Positions 26,468 through 39,808 of a stretch of DNA of 62,000 nucleotides are shown here, in pieces (position 1 is the first letter of the stretch; each line of letters begins with the position of its first letter). The stretch comes from Acanthaster planci (lineage: Eukaryota), in contig NW_019091400.1 in the NCBI RefSeq assembly GCF_001949145.1, positions 930,001 to 992,000 of the forward strand, read 5' to 3'. The notes beneath the pieces are model-generated. The model was not told the DNA's origin and made no database searches. It worked only from the letters and a program-made list of their open reading frames with translations. The position numbers and the translations under genes were made by a program.

Positions 26468-27159
26468 GTGTTAAAGGGCATAAAATTGGACAGAAAATAA
26501 TTGTATTGGTGTAAATTATTCCCGTAGTACCTCATTTATAGTGAGCGTGCTCGAAAAACCACCTTCAATTGCACCTCTGCTGGAGGACCTTTTGGCTAGC
26601 GTGTACTCCCCGTTAAGTTTGTGACCCGTGTCATTAATAAATACCGTAAGAAAGAAAACAATTAGTTGTGTGTCATTCAATATGAGTTGTAATTGCACCT
26701 CCCGTAGGCAGCGGAATCAGTCTAGTTGTACATTTAAGTATTTGTGGTTTATGTGTATTAATCCGCTGTGTTGGTACGGCTGGTTGTTAGTTTGCCGTTA
26801 ACAGGCGAGTGACATAGAGACTTTGCAGTCTCCTTCAGACGAGGCAGAAGTACATGTATTTGGTGGCACCAAAGGTAGCGGTAACATAGACGAAGTACAT
26901 AGTGAGGAAATTGAGTAAACTTATGCAGCGGGTAAAACTGCAAGAAATAGAGCTGCGACGTTCTCCAGATGAGTTATCAAGGAAGCGGCACCAATCTGAC
27001 AAGTCACGGGCAGTGGACGCGGAGGTTCCACTGGGTTTGTTTGCACAACCGGATGAAGACGATCCGGAAATTTATTTTGGGCGTAACTGCGTCGAGCAGC
27101 GTGTCGGACCAGGTTGTCCACACGTTGACTCCCGTTCCAAGGTAAAGAGCCCACGGTAA

Positions 27160-28825
27160 TTGGTGAAGGTCCATGGCCCCTGGATAGGGGGGGGACAAGG
27201 TAACTACATGGATGAACGGGCAGAGGGTTCGAATGGGGCGAGAGGCCACCCCAATATTACACCCGACCGGTTCGATGGGAAAACTCCATTGAAGGATTAT
27301 CGTCGCCATTTTGAGGCCTGCAGATTGGCCAATGGTTTTACCAAGGCTGAAAATCAGGCCGCAGTATTTTTGGCCGCAAGTTTGAAGGGTATGGCACTGA
27401 AGGTGCTTGGAAATTGCAACCAGCCCTCAAGTGTAAGGAGTTGTTAGGGTTGCTCGAGGCTCAGTTTGGGCTGGGCCAAATGGCCCAGAATTACCTTATG
27501 GAACTAAGGTCGCGACGGCAGGGGTCCCACGAGACCCTGCGAGAACTTGGGCAGGCAGTCAGAGAACTGACAGTTCTTGCTTATCCCGAGTTCGATGAAG
27601 AGGGCAGAGATCGCTTAGCTCGAGCCCATTTTAGTGACGCTATCGCTCTTTAGTCAATCAGAGAGGGTATCTTCAGGGCTAGACCGAGAACCCTCGATAA
27701 AGCTGTCAGAGCCGCCCTGGCTACAGAAAATTTCGAATGAATGGAGTCTCAAAGAGAAGACCCCAAGAAATTTAAATATTGCCGGGCAAGTGAGAAGAAT
27801 GACGATCAACTTAGTGAACAGATCCAGTGACTTGTAGCTGCAGGTGTGGGAATATCATATCGCCGATCAGGGGAAGCTTGGAGGATCAGTCAAATCCCCC
27901 AGAGAAAGGAATCACCCAATGGAGGTGAACTGCTTTAAGTGTGGAGGTAGAGGGCACATTACAAAGCAGTATCCTTCCTCCGCTGATCGAAGTACCGCGG
28001 GGAAGAAATCTCAGCGACACGACCACCAGTCGACTCTAGGGCCCGAGGGAAGACCAGAGAGCATGAATGCGGGTCGAAAGGGTAATTTCCTCGCGTAAAA
28101 TTAATTGAACCTGACACGACAAATATTGGGCGACAAATGACACGTCGTCAGCCCAAGCAAGGTCTCTATGTAAATGGCTCGGTAAACTACTAATGTAAAA
28201 ACATTTTTGGTTGATACAGGTTCTGCAGACACCATTATTTCGGGGTCTGTGTATTGTAGCGTGTCCTGTCTATAGGCTCTGACACTGACAAAGAACTACT
28301 CGGTCAGGCTCAAATCTCCGTTCGGGGCAAAACTGCTCTGTTCATTTTGACGAAACCAAAAGGGCTGTCTGACACACAAAGCTCCAGACACGAGGCGTGT
28401 AGACGGGACTGCGCAGGCGCGAGGCGGGAAAGCCGCAGGCCGTTCGCATACCAGCGGGGGCACCCAGCTAGCTCAATGCGGGTCCGAGCTGGCGGCCCCA
28501 CCGGCCGAACCCGCTGGCGCCACAGTATTAACAAATCCCAAAAGAGAAGCGTCCGAATCTCGAGAAAAAGGAAGTTCCCGTCCGTCAGGCAAATGGGAGT
28601 CCGACGGGCAATATACTAGGTACTGGAACCGGAGATACAAATTGGTCAGACAAGTGTACCAGTGTGTGGAATATTGGGCATGGATTTCCTCGAGCCAGCA
28701 AAAGCGATTTTAAACCTCCAGTCACAAGTGCTTAACGTTAATGGAGAGAAGATAAGATGTACGGATCAATCGGGGTCCTGTTTGTGTCGCAGGGTAGTTG
28801 TCGAAGAAACTACTTCAGTACCTGT
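27160..28825 (+). pseudogene. Frameshifted gag and aspartic protease
   Basis: PDRFDGKTPLKDYRRHFEAC, LRSRRQGSHETLRELG, degenerate zinc knuckle CFKCGGRGH, protease FLVDTGS (~28205-28225) and GILGMDFL (~28668-28691). Multiple stops and frameshifts. Confidence 0.85.
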
Positions 28826-30038
28826 AAGTCAAGCCAAGTTTTTGATCTTCAGCTGCGGGCTTTATTTGGGTCTGCCTCCTTGTTTTCTTCTTTTGTTACA
28901 TTTTCAATGTATTCTGGCTATTTGTGTTTGACCTTTCAAGAACATAGTCTAAATGTACGGCCTACGTTTAAAATATGCAAAACAGTCGGGAGCTCCTTTA
29001 TTGTAGACAAAAGTGAGATTGTATAAAAATGAAGCCATCTTACACGTGGTAAAAGTAAGGAAATGGCCGTCTCTTCAGCCAAATATCGACGGGGCTGTAC
29101 TCAATTTATTCCACTAAGTTGAGGCATTTGCCCCTCACCATTGATATCAAACAAACTGTAAAACAAATTTTCTTCAGGTTCAGAAAGAGATGTAAATGTT
29201 ACTTATAAGAACCGTTTATTAACCAATTCACCAAAACAGTGCACTCCAGTTGCAAATACTAAATCAGGCATTTTCGTACCCATCCAGCTTGACTTTCATT
29301 TTAACTTGTAAGAAAAAGTATAACTCTTTTGTAAATGAACACTGGTTGTCAAATATGATTTCAGATTCGAGCCTTGTCAAAACAATTATTCAAATGCACT
29401 TGTAGTGTAACTAAACCCCTAGTTCAAAGATAATAAATTTAATACTGGTAGGTTCTCTCATGCATTTTAAATTATTTGAGGCACCTGCTACAATTAATGT
29501 TTTTGACTCCTGAAATTCACAGATAACCGCTGCAGCATCTCAGTTGTAAATCCTCACAAGTGTCAGGTTTCAAAATTTTTACAAGTCTATCGGTGCAGTG
29601 CAAATTTCCATTAACCATAAATTTCGTCAGAAGTTGGTGCCAGATATAAGACAACATGGGACAAGTTTTACGTTTTCCATACAACCCAAATAAAACCACG
29701 AGTATTCGGCCAGTAAAATATGAGATCCACCACGTTTAAGCAGAAATTATTTTCAGACTAAAACCAAAGCATTAGAATAACATTTGAGTTAGACCTTCAA
29801 AAAGAGGCCTAGGTGTAGGCCCACTATTACAAACATTATAGAGACTTTAAGTACATGCACTGGGTTTCATTTCATGCAATTTGCATGTGCGGTGCTGGAG
29901 AAGTGTTAGACTTTTGCTTCACGAACCCCTCGTTTCATTTCACTCTGTACCCTTTCGGAGTTCTTAATACACACTTCAGTTGTAAAAGGTAATTTGAGGA
30001 CTGGATTACCCATTTCGACGTTTCGGTCCTTGTCATCA

Positions 30039-33000
30039 TTAGTCACCATTGTATACAGAGATTGCTATGGCGTCTTGCAAGCGCATAAACTGAACGTAGC
30101 AGTCGAACCGCTCAGTGGTGAACTCGCCGCTATTCTCCACGTACTGCAAGTAATCAGGGCTGCCAGGATACAGGACATTGTCAGCCACAATGACTGACCC
30201 TTTTCGTAGCAGGCCATGTTTCTTGAGCAGCTTCAGGTCGGGCAAGAACAAGCTGTTCCAGTGATCCAGGAACACGTAGTCCAGCTTGTCTACGGAGTAC
30301 TTGCTGCGCAGCTCCGGGATGATATCTGATGATTTCCCAACAGCGATGGAAATCTGTTGAAACCAGAGGCTCCAATTGTTACTAAAGAGAAATTTCAATG
30401 CAACAAATGCCAATACACTTTTGAAAACTCAGGGAATGGTATGGCGACAATACTAAATGCTCCTTAATTTGGCTCCCTACTATACTGAGCAATTTTTCGT
30501 TGACCTTACTATGTTTATTGTATAGCGACATTCTATTCTTAACCTAAATTCAGGCTACACATAAAACAGTGTACACTTTCGTCTGTTTTTTAACAAAAAA
30601 GTTTAAAGAAACCGTGGCTAGAAGAAACCATTTCTAAAAGTTTCTACTGTGAGTTTAACGTGACATTTACATTGAACAACTCCAGGTCGGTACGTAATTT
30701 TTCGTTTGCTCCCAACAACGTACAACCCACTGAGCACATTTGCATATTGATTATGCAAGACGTTCAACGCTTGACTTCAAGATTTTGACCACAAGTACAT
30801 TGGTAAGCGGTCTTCGGTCGCTGTTAGTAATAAATTACCGAAGAAACATGAAGTTAAATTTTGCTGCAGCATCACAAAGAAGTCATTAATTTAACCATGG
30901 AGGAAGCGTCCTTCCTCCATGCTCATGTTGTGAGCACAAAAAGGCAGGAAAAGAAAATAACAGTGCCTTTGCTATCAATCACAGATACTGTGGGATACAC
31001 GGTGTGCCTTTTAAACGCTTTGGTGTCATCGTTCTTATTGTTAGATGGTACCTGGTTGCTCACACCAGCAAATTCAATGAATTGCTTTGCGAGGCTGGCA
31101 TTTTTCTTGTCGATTTCCACTGAAATCAGGTGACCTCCTTCAGAGAGATGCCTCGATGTTGCTATGGCTGAATAACCAACGTAGGTTCCCAGTTCCAAAC
31201 CATTTTGGGGTTTCGTCTTCTTGAGGACTCCATCGATTTTCTGTCCTTTTAAAAATGTGTACGTTATTTCGTTAAAAAGATGTTAATTTCAGGGAACGCT
31301 CGGTACTCTTTGGTCCAAGCACGCCAACAACAGAGTAGAGTTTCATCTAAGATTAGATATCTGTGACCAGTCGACCCACTTAGGTTACCTGGTCCCTCCA
31401 CTTCCCTGTGATATATCTCTTTTCTCTCACATACATGTATTGAACATAAGCGGTCAACCATGAGTCACCTGGTTTCTTCACTGTCTTGCAAATGTAACTC
31501 ATTATACATTTACTAAAAAAACCTTGTAGTGATGTTGAATAGAGCGCCCTCTGCCATTGCATCTATTCTTCTACCCGCTTGGCAATTGTGGGCCCCATTG
31601 TACCCGTGCTAGTGATGATCTGAATAGACCTGTGTCTCTGCCCTGCATTCAACCCAAATGTGCAGCTTGGTACTGCACCACCCTCCTCTGTTGGGCATGG
31701 GGTGACTAGTGGGGATATACGCACACATTCTTTGATTAAATAAGTGCCTAGGAACGCTAAGGATGTGGCAGTTACACGCGTATTATTTGAGCAAATTACA
31801 GCCACGGGTATATGTCTCTAGATAGATTGATCTAGAAGAATAAAGAAGTGATATGTACATAACACTATACACTGTACATGCATATCATAGAAAATTTCCT
31901 TTTTTTTTTATCTTGCAGCATCTTGACATTTTCAGTTTATAGTACCCGTACTGGCAGCTGGTAGCTGTTGGCATTTGCCAGCCTCAGCTTTGTAGTTGGT
32001 AGGTTCTTTTGAAACTAAATAATACTGGGAGTATGTGTCCCACATCCTTCATGTTCGTTAGTTGGGTTGTTTTCTAAATTATTCATATACCATGCATGAA
32101 TCTGGTGAAACCATTATCAAAACTGCAAACTAAATGTTGTAATATGTGCGTGTACTTAAGTAACCTTAATATTTGTAAAAGAACGGGTTTCAATGGTTTC
32201 ATCCTGTAAACATGTTATACAAGTTGAAGGAAGAATTGTACATGTATTTATGAAACTTCTTGTATTATTTTTTCAAGATCTCTTGCAGATCACCTAGTAT
32301 TGACTGTCGTTTGTTTATTTACTAGAAATACTTTACCTGTAAAAATAATTCAATCTTATTATACATATAACATTCTATACATGGTGGGACAGAAATAAAA
32401 TATACATATATCTGTGCCAGGATTCTTGTGCCGCCAGGATTCTTGTGCCGCTAGGATTCTTGTGCCGCCAGGATTCTTTTTCCTTTTGGTTATTAGTTTT
32501 CCCTTCGGTTACATCTGCTTGTCCTCTCTGAGCACAGACCCTTTATCTCATATGCAGCAAGGTATGAGACGAAGAGAACCCCCCCCCTGCTTTGCGTTGG
32601 TCATTGTCTAGCAGGAATCTGGGGAATTCCTTTCAGACATCTTGGGGGATGTGTTAAGTAACAATAGTCTGGAATGTGTATAGGGGTTTGACATGTTGGG
32701 GGGGTACCCCTCGGTCTCATTTCTTGCTGGGTATAGCATATCTTCTCTCGGCCAAATGGCTGAAAATGATACCACTTGATGCCACCTAATCGCATGTGTC
32801 CATTGCAACATGTTCCAACATGTTTTAAAGTAAGATCTTGATTTATTTAGGGCTTGTGTTTAAGCGTATCAAACCAGCAAAATGATGTTTAAATTATTTT
32901 TGTCGGCGCGTCCTCATCTGCAGGACGGAGGGCTCGTTGAAACGTTAGTGGTGATTTATTTCTGTTCAGCTGCTGTCTATCAAAACAAATGGATAGGCCT

Positions 33001-33758
33001 ACTCTGTAATGTGGAGGAGATTATCATTTAGGCAAAGCAAGAAAGGTTGGATCGCTAGAGGTTGTGGAGAAGGGGGTCCCATGACGTGATATGGGTCTGG
33101 GTAAGGGAGTTAGGCCCGGGTGCCCCTTTCCCCCTGCTGAAATGTCCAAAGCCTACGGGCCTATGCAAGCCACACAGTCCATTAACTTTCCTTGCCCCCT
33201 TGAAAAAAATGTGAACCCTGCAAACCCTCCTCGGAAATTCACGCTATTTACGCAACTGGTATAAAGCCAAGCGGGTCTTTGTCAGTTCTATGAATAGAGA
33301 GAGGACAGACGACAGCTCCAATAAACGACAGCTGGAGAGAGGTTTTCAATGATTGGTTTGTGAGTAGCAGCTCCCCTGTATACCAAAACGTTTGGGCCAG
33401 AATAGGTAAGGTGGAATGAGGGAATGAAATGAAATGGGGGTGTCAGTGATGGAGGAGACCGGTCGGTGGGATCGTATTGAGACAGAATGATTCTACATGA
33501 GCTATGTGGAAGTTTAATCGTATGAATCGTACGTCTCTTACTTTTCTCATATTGAAAGTGCATCATCCATTCTTTTTCTGCCTTGAACTTATCCACAGCT
33601 GATAGCACGCTGGCTGCATCGCCCTGTACTGCCGTGCTCTTGACGTATTCCAGGAGGCGCTCCTCGGTCGTGTTACCATGCCTCACGCGACGCAGGTATC
33701 CCGGGACGATTACCTTCATAATGTACCTTGTTGCATAACTCCAGGTATTAAGCGCCAT
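30039..33758 (-). CDS. COMT: Catechol O-methyltransferase-like protein, copy 2. Exons 33758-33542, 31245-31052, 30353-30039
   Basis: Same motifs (LELGTYVGYSA, VFLDHW, ADNVLYPGSPDY) and the same intron positions and phases as copy 1. A splice acceptor just upstream of the ATG implies a non-coding first exon. Confidence 0.9.
32413..32477. repeat. 17-bp minisatellite (TGTGCCGCCAGGATTCT), ~4 copies
   Basis: Directly visible. Confidence 0.85.
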
Positions 33759-36479
33759 AGTCTTCGATTTCCTAAACTGGGAAAGAGAAAAAAATCAGAA
33801 GGCTCATGAAATTCGCTCTTCGTCTTTTCAAAGCCTCTTGACTAAATGGGACACGATCGTTTACTTTCCTAATCTGCGGTATAAGAACGGGAAGTAACAA
33901 TATCAGAATCGAGGTTGTCACGCCTGGATTCCTGTTACAAATGGGTCTTTTTATTGTTAAATTTTCTGGGTGTTCAGGTAAAAATGGCGTACTCTTCTGT
34001 CTGTTAATTTGAGTACCACCTTTTTGTTGAGCACACTATACGTAATAGGGGTTTTAGTTTACTTAGGCCTATCAGGGCCAGGATGGAGTAACAATGACGC
34101 CTAAGGAAGTGCTACTCGTTAAATGTCGCCAGTTTGGTTGCCTTGTCCTGCTTTGGTACTTGGTATCGGATTATGAGCACAAGATGGAATAAATCGTTGA
34201 CTTAACTGACTACAGTCCCGAGCTCTTCACATTGGCAAAATTAATGAGATGACAGAAAGTAAGTCATGGCGTTTTTCTTTCTTTGGCAGGGGATCAGTAT
34301 TAGCTCAGCACTGACAGAAAACTCTGCATCTTCAACTCCGACTGAGTAAGCACTTTTCTGGATTGGTCACAGTCATCATCATCTGATCTTTGGTTATAAA
34401 GTACACTTAATATAAATATTAATTTATATTATTGGTACTTGGTTAATAAAGTGTTGGAATGTTTGCATGGCATTTCGAAGAATTACATCTCAAGTAAATA
34501 AAAGACCAAACTGTATTGTAATAGCTGTTTTGTAGATATCAAGTTTCATGTGCCCTTTTCTTGGAAACTATCGCATTACTTAACCCTGCACGCAGTGAAG
34601 TCATCGAGAAGAGTAGACTTTACGTATAGCAGCGATCATCGAGGTATGCTTCTATGTTTCAAATTCTGGCCTTACAAGGTAAGCACAAAAGGTTTGCCCA
34701 GGCCTGTTCAACACTGGCTAAGACCATAAAGCAAGGACCCGGACAACCGCTATACGCATGAGGTCTACTGACCGATGACCAGCTGTCTGCCAGTTAACCA
34801 CGCCCCCGTGACGACCCTACGGAATTTTGTAGTTAGGCCTTGTTGACGGATTCTGGCGTAATTGGTCCACTGGACACCGATCAGGAATAGAACATACAAT
34901 ACACAATCCCGAAGACACGTATCGCCAAATTTTCGGGGGCAGGGAAAACTGGTAACGTAATGGTGTAATGCAGGTACCTATGCCAAGCTATTCTTCCGTT
35001 TGCCTGGTTTTCTAATAAAATTATGCCAGTTTCGCAGTCATAGGAAGAATATATCGTAGACTTCCACAAGAAATACTCCTTCGTGTAATCACAGAGCATG
35101 GAAACAGATGATTAGCAAAATGCAACATCTTTATGCTGATTTCTTTCTTTGATCAGTTCTTTGACCAGGGCTGAACTTTAGGCACCCTGATATAAATTAA
35201 GGAGACGTAAGCACATAGTTGTACTGCCATGGTAAAATCCCCCCAAGACAAAAAAAGATCAGAAAAACAAGAAAGTTTAATGCTACAGAAAAACCAAATC
35301 ACGCAAATACTAATGCAAAACAGTAAATAATAACAATGGCATTTATCAAATAAAATAAAAAACAGTAAAATAAAGAAAACGGTGTCTTACTAAATGAGAA
35401 ACATTATTCAATCTGTTAATTCCATAATCACACAAGGTAACAATTTATTGGAACGAAGTCACATGATGCTTAGTGAAGCTGAAGTGTTAACTGAAACTGA
35501 CGATTACCTGTTAATGTTGCCTGCCCAAATCCTCGCCCGTAAAAACTTTGAACCCTATCGACTCTTGAAGTGTTTAATTAATATTCTCTTTCTTGTTTTT
35601 TATGGGTGTTCTCGTTTGACTTCTTTATTGCATCTGAGAAAATTCAGGATCTCACTGATACGGGGTTTCAACTCGTCACAGGACAAAAAAGAAGTAGGCT
35701 TACACGAACAAATTCAATTCAGGACTTTGATGAGCATTGCGTCTCACACACCGCAAACTGTATAAAATTGTGAACATGTATGGAATGGTTCAAGGTGTTG
35801 ACACATCAAAGGATTTGGAACCGGGTAATGACCAGTTGAAATGTCTTATACACATCCATCACTTGACTGGAAGCATGACTGAAATTTAACGGAATAAGTT
35901 AAACGCCAGTGCAATTGCAATGGGAGGAAGATATTTGGAGGTAAACAAAATATAAGTAAAATAGAAATATTAGACAACAAAAACAAAGACACTATAAGGA
36001 ATCCTGAGATACCCATTCTGTTTTCGTTCTCTCCCCACGTATGTTCGGTCCCATAGACTGTGTGTGCATTCAGTTTTGTATTCACGCATGCGCAATAGTG
36101 AGATCTGGTCGGCCTGAATAATTATTCAGTGGTGAGAGATTTGTACTATCATTGTACTATCATCAAAATACATCTGAAATGTTGACTTCACTTCCAACTT
36201 CTGACTCGATTACTTTGGAGGTACGTGACAAAGACGGGCAAAATGTTTCAAAAACAAATTAATTTTTATAGTGTGCAAGCAGCAAAAGGGGCTTTGAGTG
36301 TTTAAATTGTAATCGGTATGGAAATGAGGGACGTGAACTTTATCTGAGCTTGATATTGATCTGTTACTTTTCGAGTCCAGGTGCCCAAGTCAGGAGCCGT
36401 TTCACTGCCTATAGTGGGATTCAGAACGCACGCGCACCAACTTAGTACAAGAGACGGTACAAGGTCAGGATTGAGGAAG

Positions 36480-36620
36480 CCCCACTAGTGTGACACGGGA
36501 GTGAGAGTCCGTGCCACGCCATGGATCGGGAGTGAGAGTCCGTACCACACCATGGATCGGGAGTGAGAGTCTGTGCCACACTATGGATCGGGAGTGAGAG
36601 TCCGTACCACACTAGTGGGG
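36480..36620. repeat. 31-bp minisatellite (~4 units) bracketed by 13-bp inverted repeats
   Basis: Unit CCATGGATCGGGAGTGAGAGTCCGTACCACA. Ends are CCCCACTAGTGTG and CACACTAGTGGGG. A related single unit lies in reverse orientation at ~51723-51754. Confidence 0.8.
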
Positions 36621-37532
36621 CCAGGATTGAGGGTGACTGTAGATTACATGCTTACCTTGGTTGTGTTTCTACCAGGTACGCTAATTTCAAAAACACAGGA
36701 AACCTGTAATAAGCAATTCTTGGCGTTGGTGGTCAGCTGTTGGGCGTCAGCCGTGTGTAAAGAATCCCTGTTGGTGATACTGCTACAACTCCCGTAGAAG
36801 GTCGGGCCATGAATGTGACCCCGGGACCGCACACAAATATGTATAGTTTGTTCAATTGAATGAACAGGGGCCGCAATTGCCTTGCACTCGAGGTAGTGAG
36901 GAAATTGCATGGTAGGAATTACGAGGTGGTTTTGCTGTAGGGTTGAATCACGTCACTCATTGATGATGTGCAAGTGGCGTGAGTGGACTACAATATTATT
37001 GTTTGGGGACCCGGCCGGGGATTCACATGTTGTCGGGGGGCCGAAACGTATAAGCCGCGCCTTAGGTTGTGCAGTTTTTTAGATTTCAACAGGGGTCGCC
37101 AATTAAAGGTGCACGTCCCTCCCCCAAATGCAGTTTGCCCTGCTGCTGCTGAAGTACATCTCACTATGAAGTGCTTTCAGAAGAGAACACCACTTAGAAT
37201 AAAGGCGAACATGAAAGTGAAAAAGAGAAAAGCGGCACGCGATAAAACGGAAAGTCATAACAACGCCTAGACGAAACTCAAAACTTGCTATAGATGAATA
37301 TGTATTTCAAGTTTCAAACAAAACTAGCAAAGCAAGCAGCAAACAATTCCTGCACTATGATGGGAAGGAAAAAAATATAAAAAGAAAGAATGAATGAATG
37401 GAAGAAGAAGAAAACGAATCGCCATCGAGAAAAGGAACCAATTAGGTTATAATTAAGTTTTGTGCGGTTGACAATATTATTAACCTTTAATACAAAAGTT
37501 TTTTTTTCTTTGAACCGTTGGTTGTATTGTAT

Positions 37533-38801
37533 TGTGACGAAACAGGGGTAGGCATGAATGCCAGTCTAAGTCATGAATTATTAAGCATTGCGTTGACCAA
37601 TCAGCGTTGCGTAGAGCACTAGGTCTGGGCGCTTGCGGCGTGCTTAGAGCGCGCACAATCAGTTGGTGGGTTTCGCTGCTGGGTCGCAGAGTGGCAGGAT
37701 AGTGGAGGACGCTGTCTACCGTTCTGTGCTGTGACTGTGCGAGGTATAGCGTGGACGCTGCACCTGGGGCGCCGGCGCTACGTGTAGTGACTATAACTGG
37801 CAGGTGTAGTAGCGAACTGTNNNNNNNNNNNNNNNNNNNNNNNNNNNNNNNNNNNNNNNNNNNNNNNNNNNNNNNNNNNNNNNNNNNNNNNNNNNNNNNN
37901 NNNNNNNNNNNNNNNNNNNNNNNNNNNNNNNNNNNNNNNNNNNNNNNNNNNNNNNNNNNNNNNNNNNNNNNNNNNNNNNNNNNNNNNNNNNNNNNNNNNN
38001 NNNNNNNNNNNNNNNNNNNNNNNNNNNNNNNNNNNNNNNNNNNNNNNNNNNNNNNNNNNNNNNNNNNNNNNNNNNNNNNNNNNNNNNNNNNNNNNNNNNN
38101 NNNNNNNNNNNNNNNNNNNNNNNNNNNNNNNNNNNNNNNNNNNNNNNNNNNNNNNNNNNNNNNNNNNNNNNNNNNNNNNNNNNNNNNNNNNNNNNNNNNN
38201 NNNNNNNNNNNNNNNNNNNNNNNNNNNNNNNNNNNNNNNNNNNNNNNNNNNNNNNNNNNNNNNNNNNNNNNNNNNNNNNNNNNNNNNNNNNNNNNNNNNN
38301 NNNNNNNNNNNNNNNNNNNNNNNNNNNNNNNNNNNNNNNNNNNNNNNNNNNNNNNNNNNNNNNNNNNNNNNNNNNNNNNNNNNNNNNNNNNNNNNNNNNN
38401 NNNNNNNNNNNNNNNNNNNNNNNNNNNNNNNNNNNNNNNNNNNNNNNNNNNNNNNNNNNNNNNNNNNNNNNNNNNNNNNNNNATTGCAATAAATTAAATA
38501 CTTGATTATTGTCCTTGGAAATCCTGTGTCACTGTGAGGTTTATTTAGGTTTCCCTGTGTTTCATTACTGTATTGCCAGATAAATCCAGTCTTTCCTAAT
38601 TGGTGATAAACTTCCACCCAACGAACTGCCCCTAGGCTTAGTCCGCCGTTCGTTAACTGATATCCCCCCTTGTGTCAGGGTAGCCGCTCATCCTTGCTCA
38701 AAGTTAATAAATATATTTGTGGGGTTGGGCCAGGTCAATTCCATCCCTGATCCGGCCGGTTACTGGGTCCACCACAAGAGGTGTCAGTTGCATTCGCCAC
38801 A
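37533..38801. mobile_element. Solo LTR (interior partly N gap)
   Basis: Termini TGTGACGAA...TTCGCCACA (8/9 inverted match, TG...CA) with a 4-bp TSD GTAT at 37529-37532 and 38802-38805. Confidence 0.75.
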
Positions 38802-39498
38802 GTATTATGAGGCAGACACAACAGAATTAGAAAGGTGCTATTTACCCACTAGTACGCCCTCTTTTGTTTCCGCTTGGCTTCTTTGAGACTAATGCGTTTT
38901 CATTGTTTTACCATTCAAAAATGACTCAAGAACTTCAGTTTCATGCAAATTAAGTCAAGGTTGATGGGGAGGAAATTTAAGGGCTGCACAAGGAGCACTG
39001 ACCATATCATAGACGGACTGTAATACAGTGTTTGTATCATGAGTGCAGTGGGAATAATTTCGTGACGTGAGAGACGGAATGTTCCATATCAAGTCAAACA
39101 CAGTTCCAGAGGGTTCACCGCGCCGCTGAGATATCAAAATAACAATAATAATGATTATGAACTAAAAATATAATTATAATTAAAAAACAGATGTCGTCCT
39201 ACTACGTGAGTACATCAGTAACAATGTAACATATTTCCCCTTTAATTAACCGTCTGTCCACAACAGTCAGAAATTAGAAAAAATATCTTACAAGCCCTAC
39301 CCCCTGAGAAAGTGCTTGAGGTAATGTCTTGTGGAACTGCTGACACGCATAAAAAAAATCCCTCCATGTGTTCAAATCTTGAGTCAGGGAAAAAATATCA
39401 TCCGTAAAAAGGATATTCAGTTAATCAGTATATTGCTAAGTATGCGTGCTTGCGCTATCTGAATGTGGGTGTATCCTACAAACAAATATGCTTAGTTT

Positions 39499-39808
39499 AG
39501 TAGTATGTAAATGGACAGTTCTGGTCCAATCGCCCCTTTTTGCCCGGTTTTTGCTCAAAACCCTTGGGTACCTATACGACCCAAAAAGCCCTCGAAACCC
39601 TTTAAATGTGAAAAAATGAGAAAATGCCGGAATTGTCGTGAACCCCAGTTTTTGATCAAAACCCTTGGGTAGTACATCGACCCAAAAATCTCGGGGATTT
39701 CCACTCACCTTTTGACCCCGGCGCCGCTCGCTAGCTCGCTGGCTAAACAACCCGTGAAAAGCGCTGGGGATTTCCACTCAACTTTTGACCCCGGTTGTAA
39801 ACAACTCG
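39499..39808 (+). repeat. Left terminal inverted repeat
   Basis: Reverse complement of 51000-51238. Contains an extra duplicated block GGGGATTTCCACTCA(C/A)CTTTTGACCCCGG (~39693 and ~39766) and two internal AAAACCCTTGGGTA...CGACCCAAAAA repeats. Confidence 0.92.

Larger units (their letters stand above)
24481..28825 (+). mobile_element. 3'-truncated Ty3/gypsy LTR retrotransposon (5' LTR, PBS, decayed gag and protease)
   Basis: LTR TGTAGC(24481)...GCTACA(26449), PBS TGGTGTCAGAAGTGGG, then gag and aspartic protease remnants. No RT, integrase or 3' LTR seen. Confidence 0.85.

Noticed and set aside
30010..30045. Hammerhead-ribozyme-like CTAATGA...CGAAAC on the minus strand at the COMT copy 2 stop
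   Set aside because: The core deviates from CUGANGA and stem II does not pair.
36480..36620. CRISPR-like array
   Set aside because: Units are contiguous with no unique spacers, there are no cas genes, and the context is eukaryotic.
39436..39777. ORFs inside the TIRs (also 51020-51261)
   Set aside because: Stops and frames differ between the two TIRs; no coding signal.
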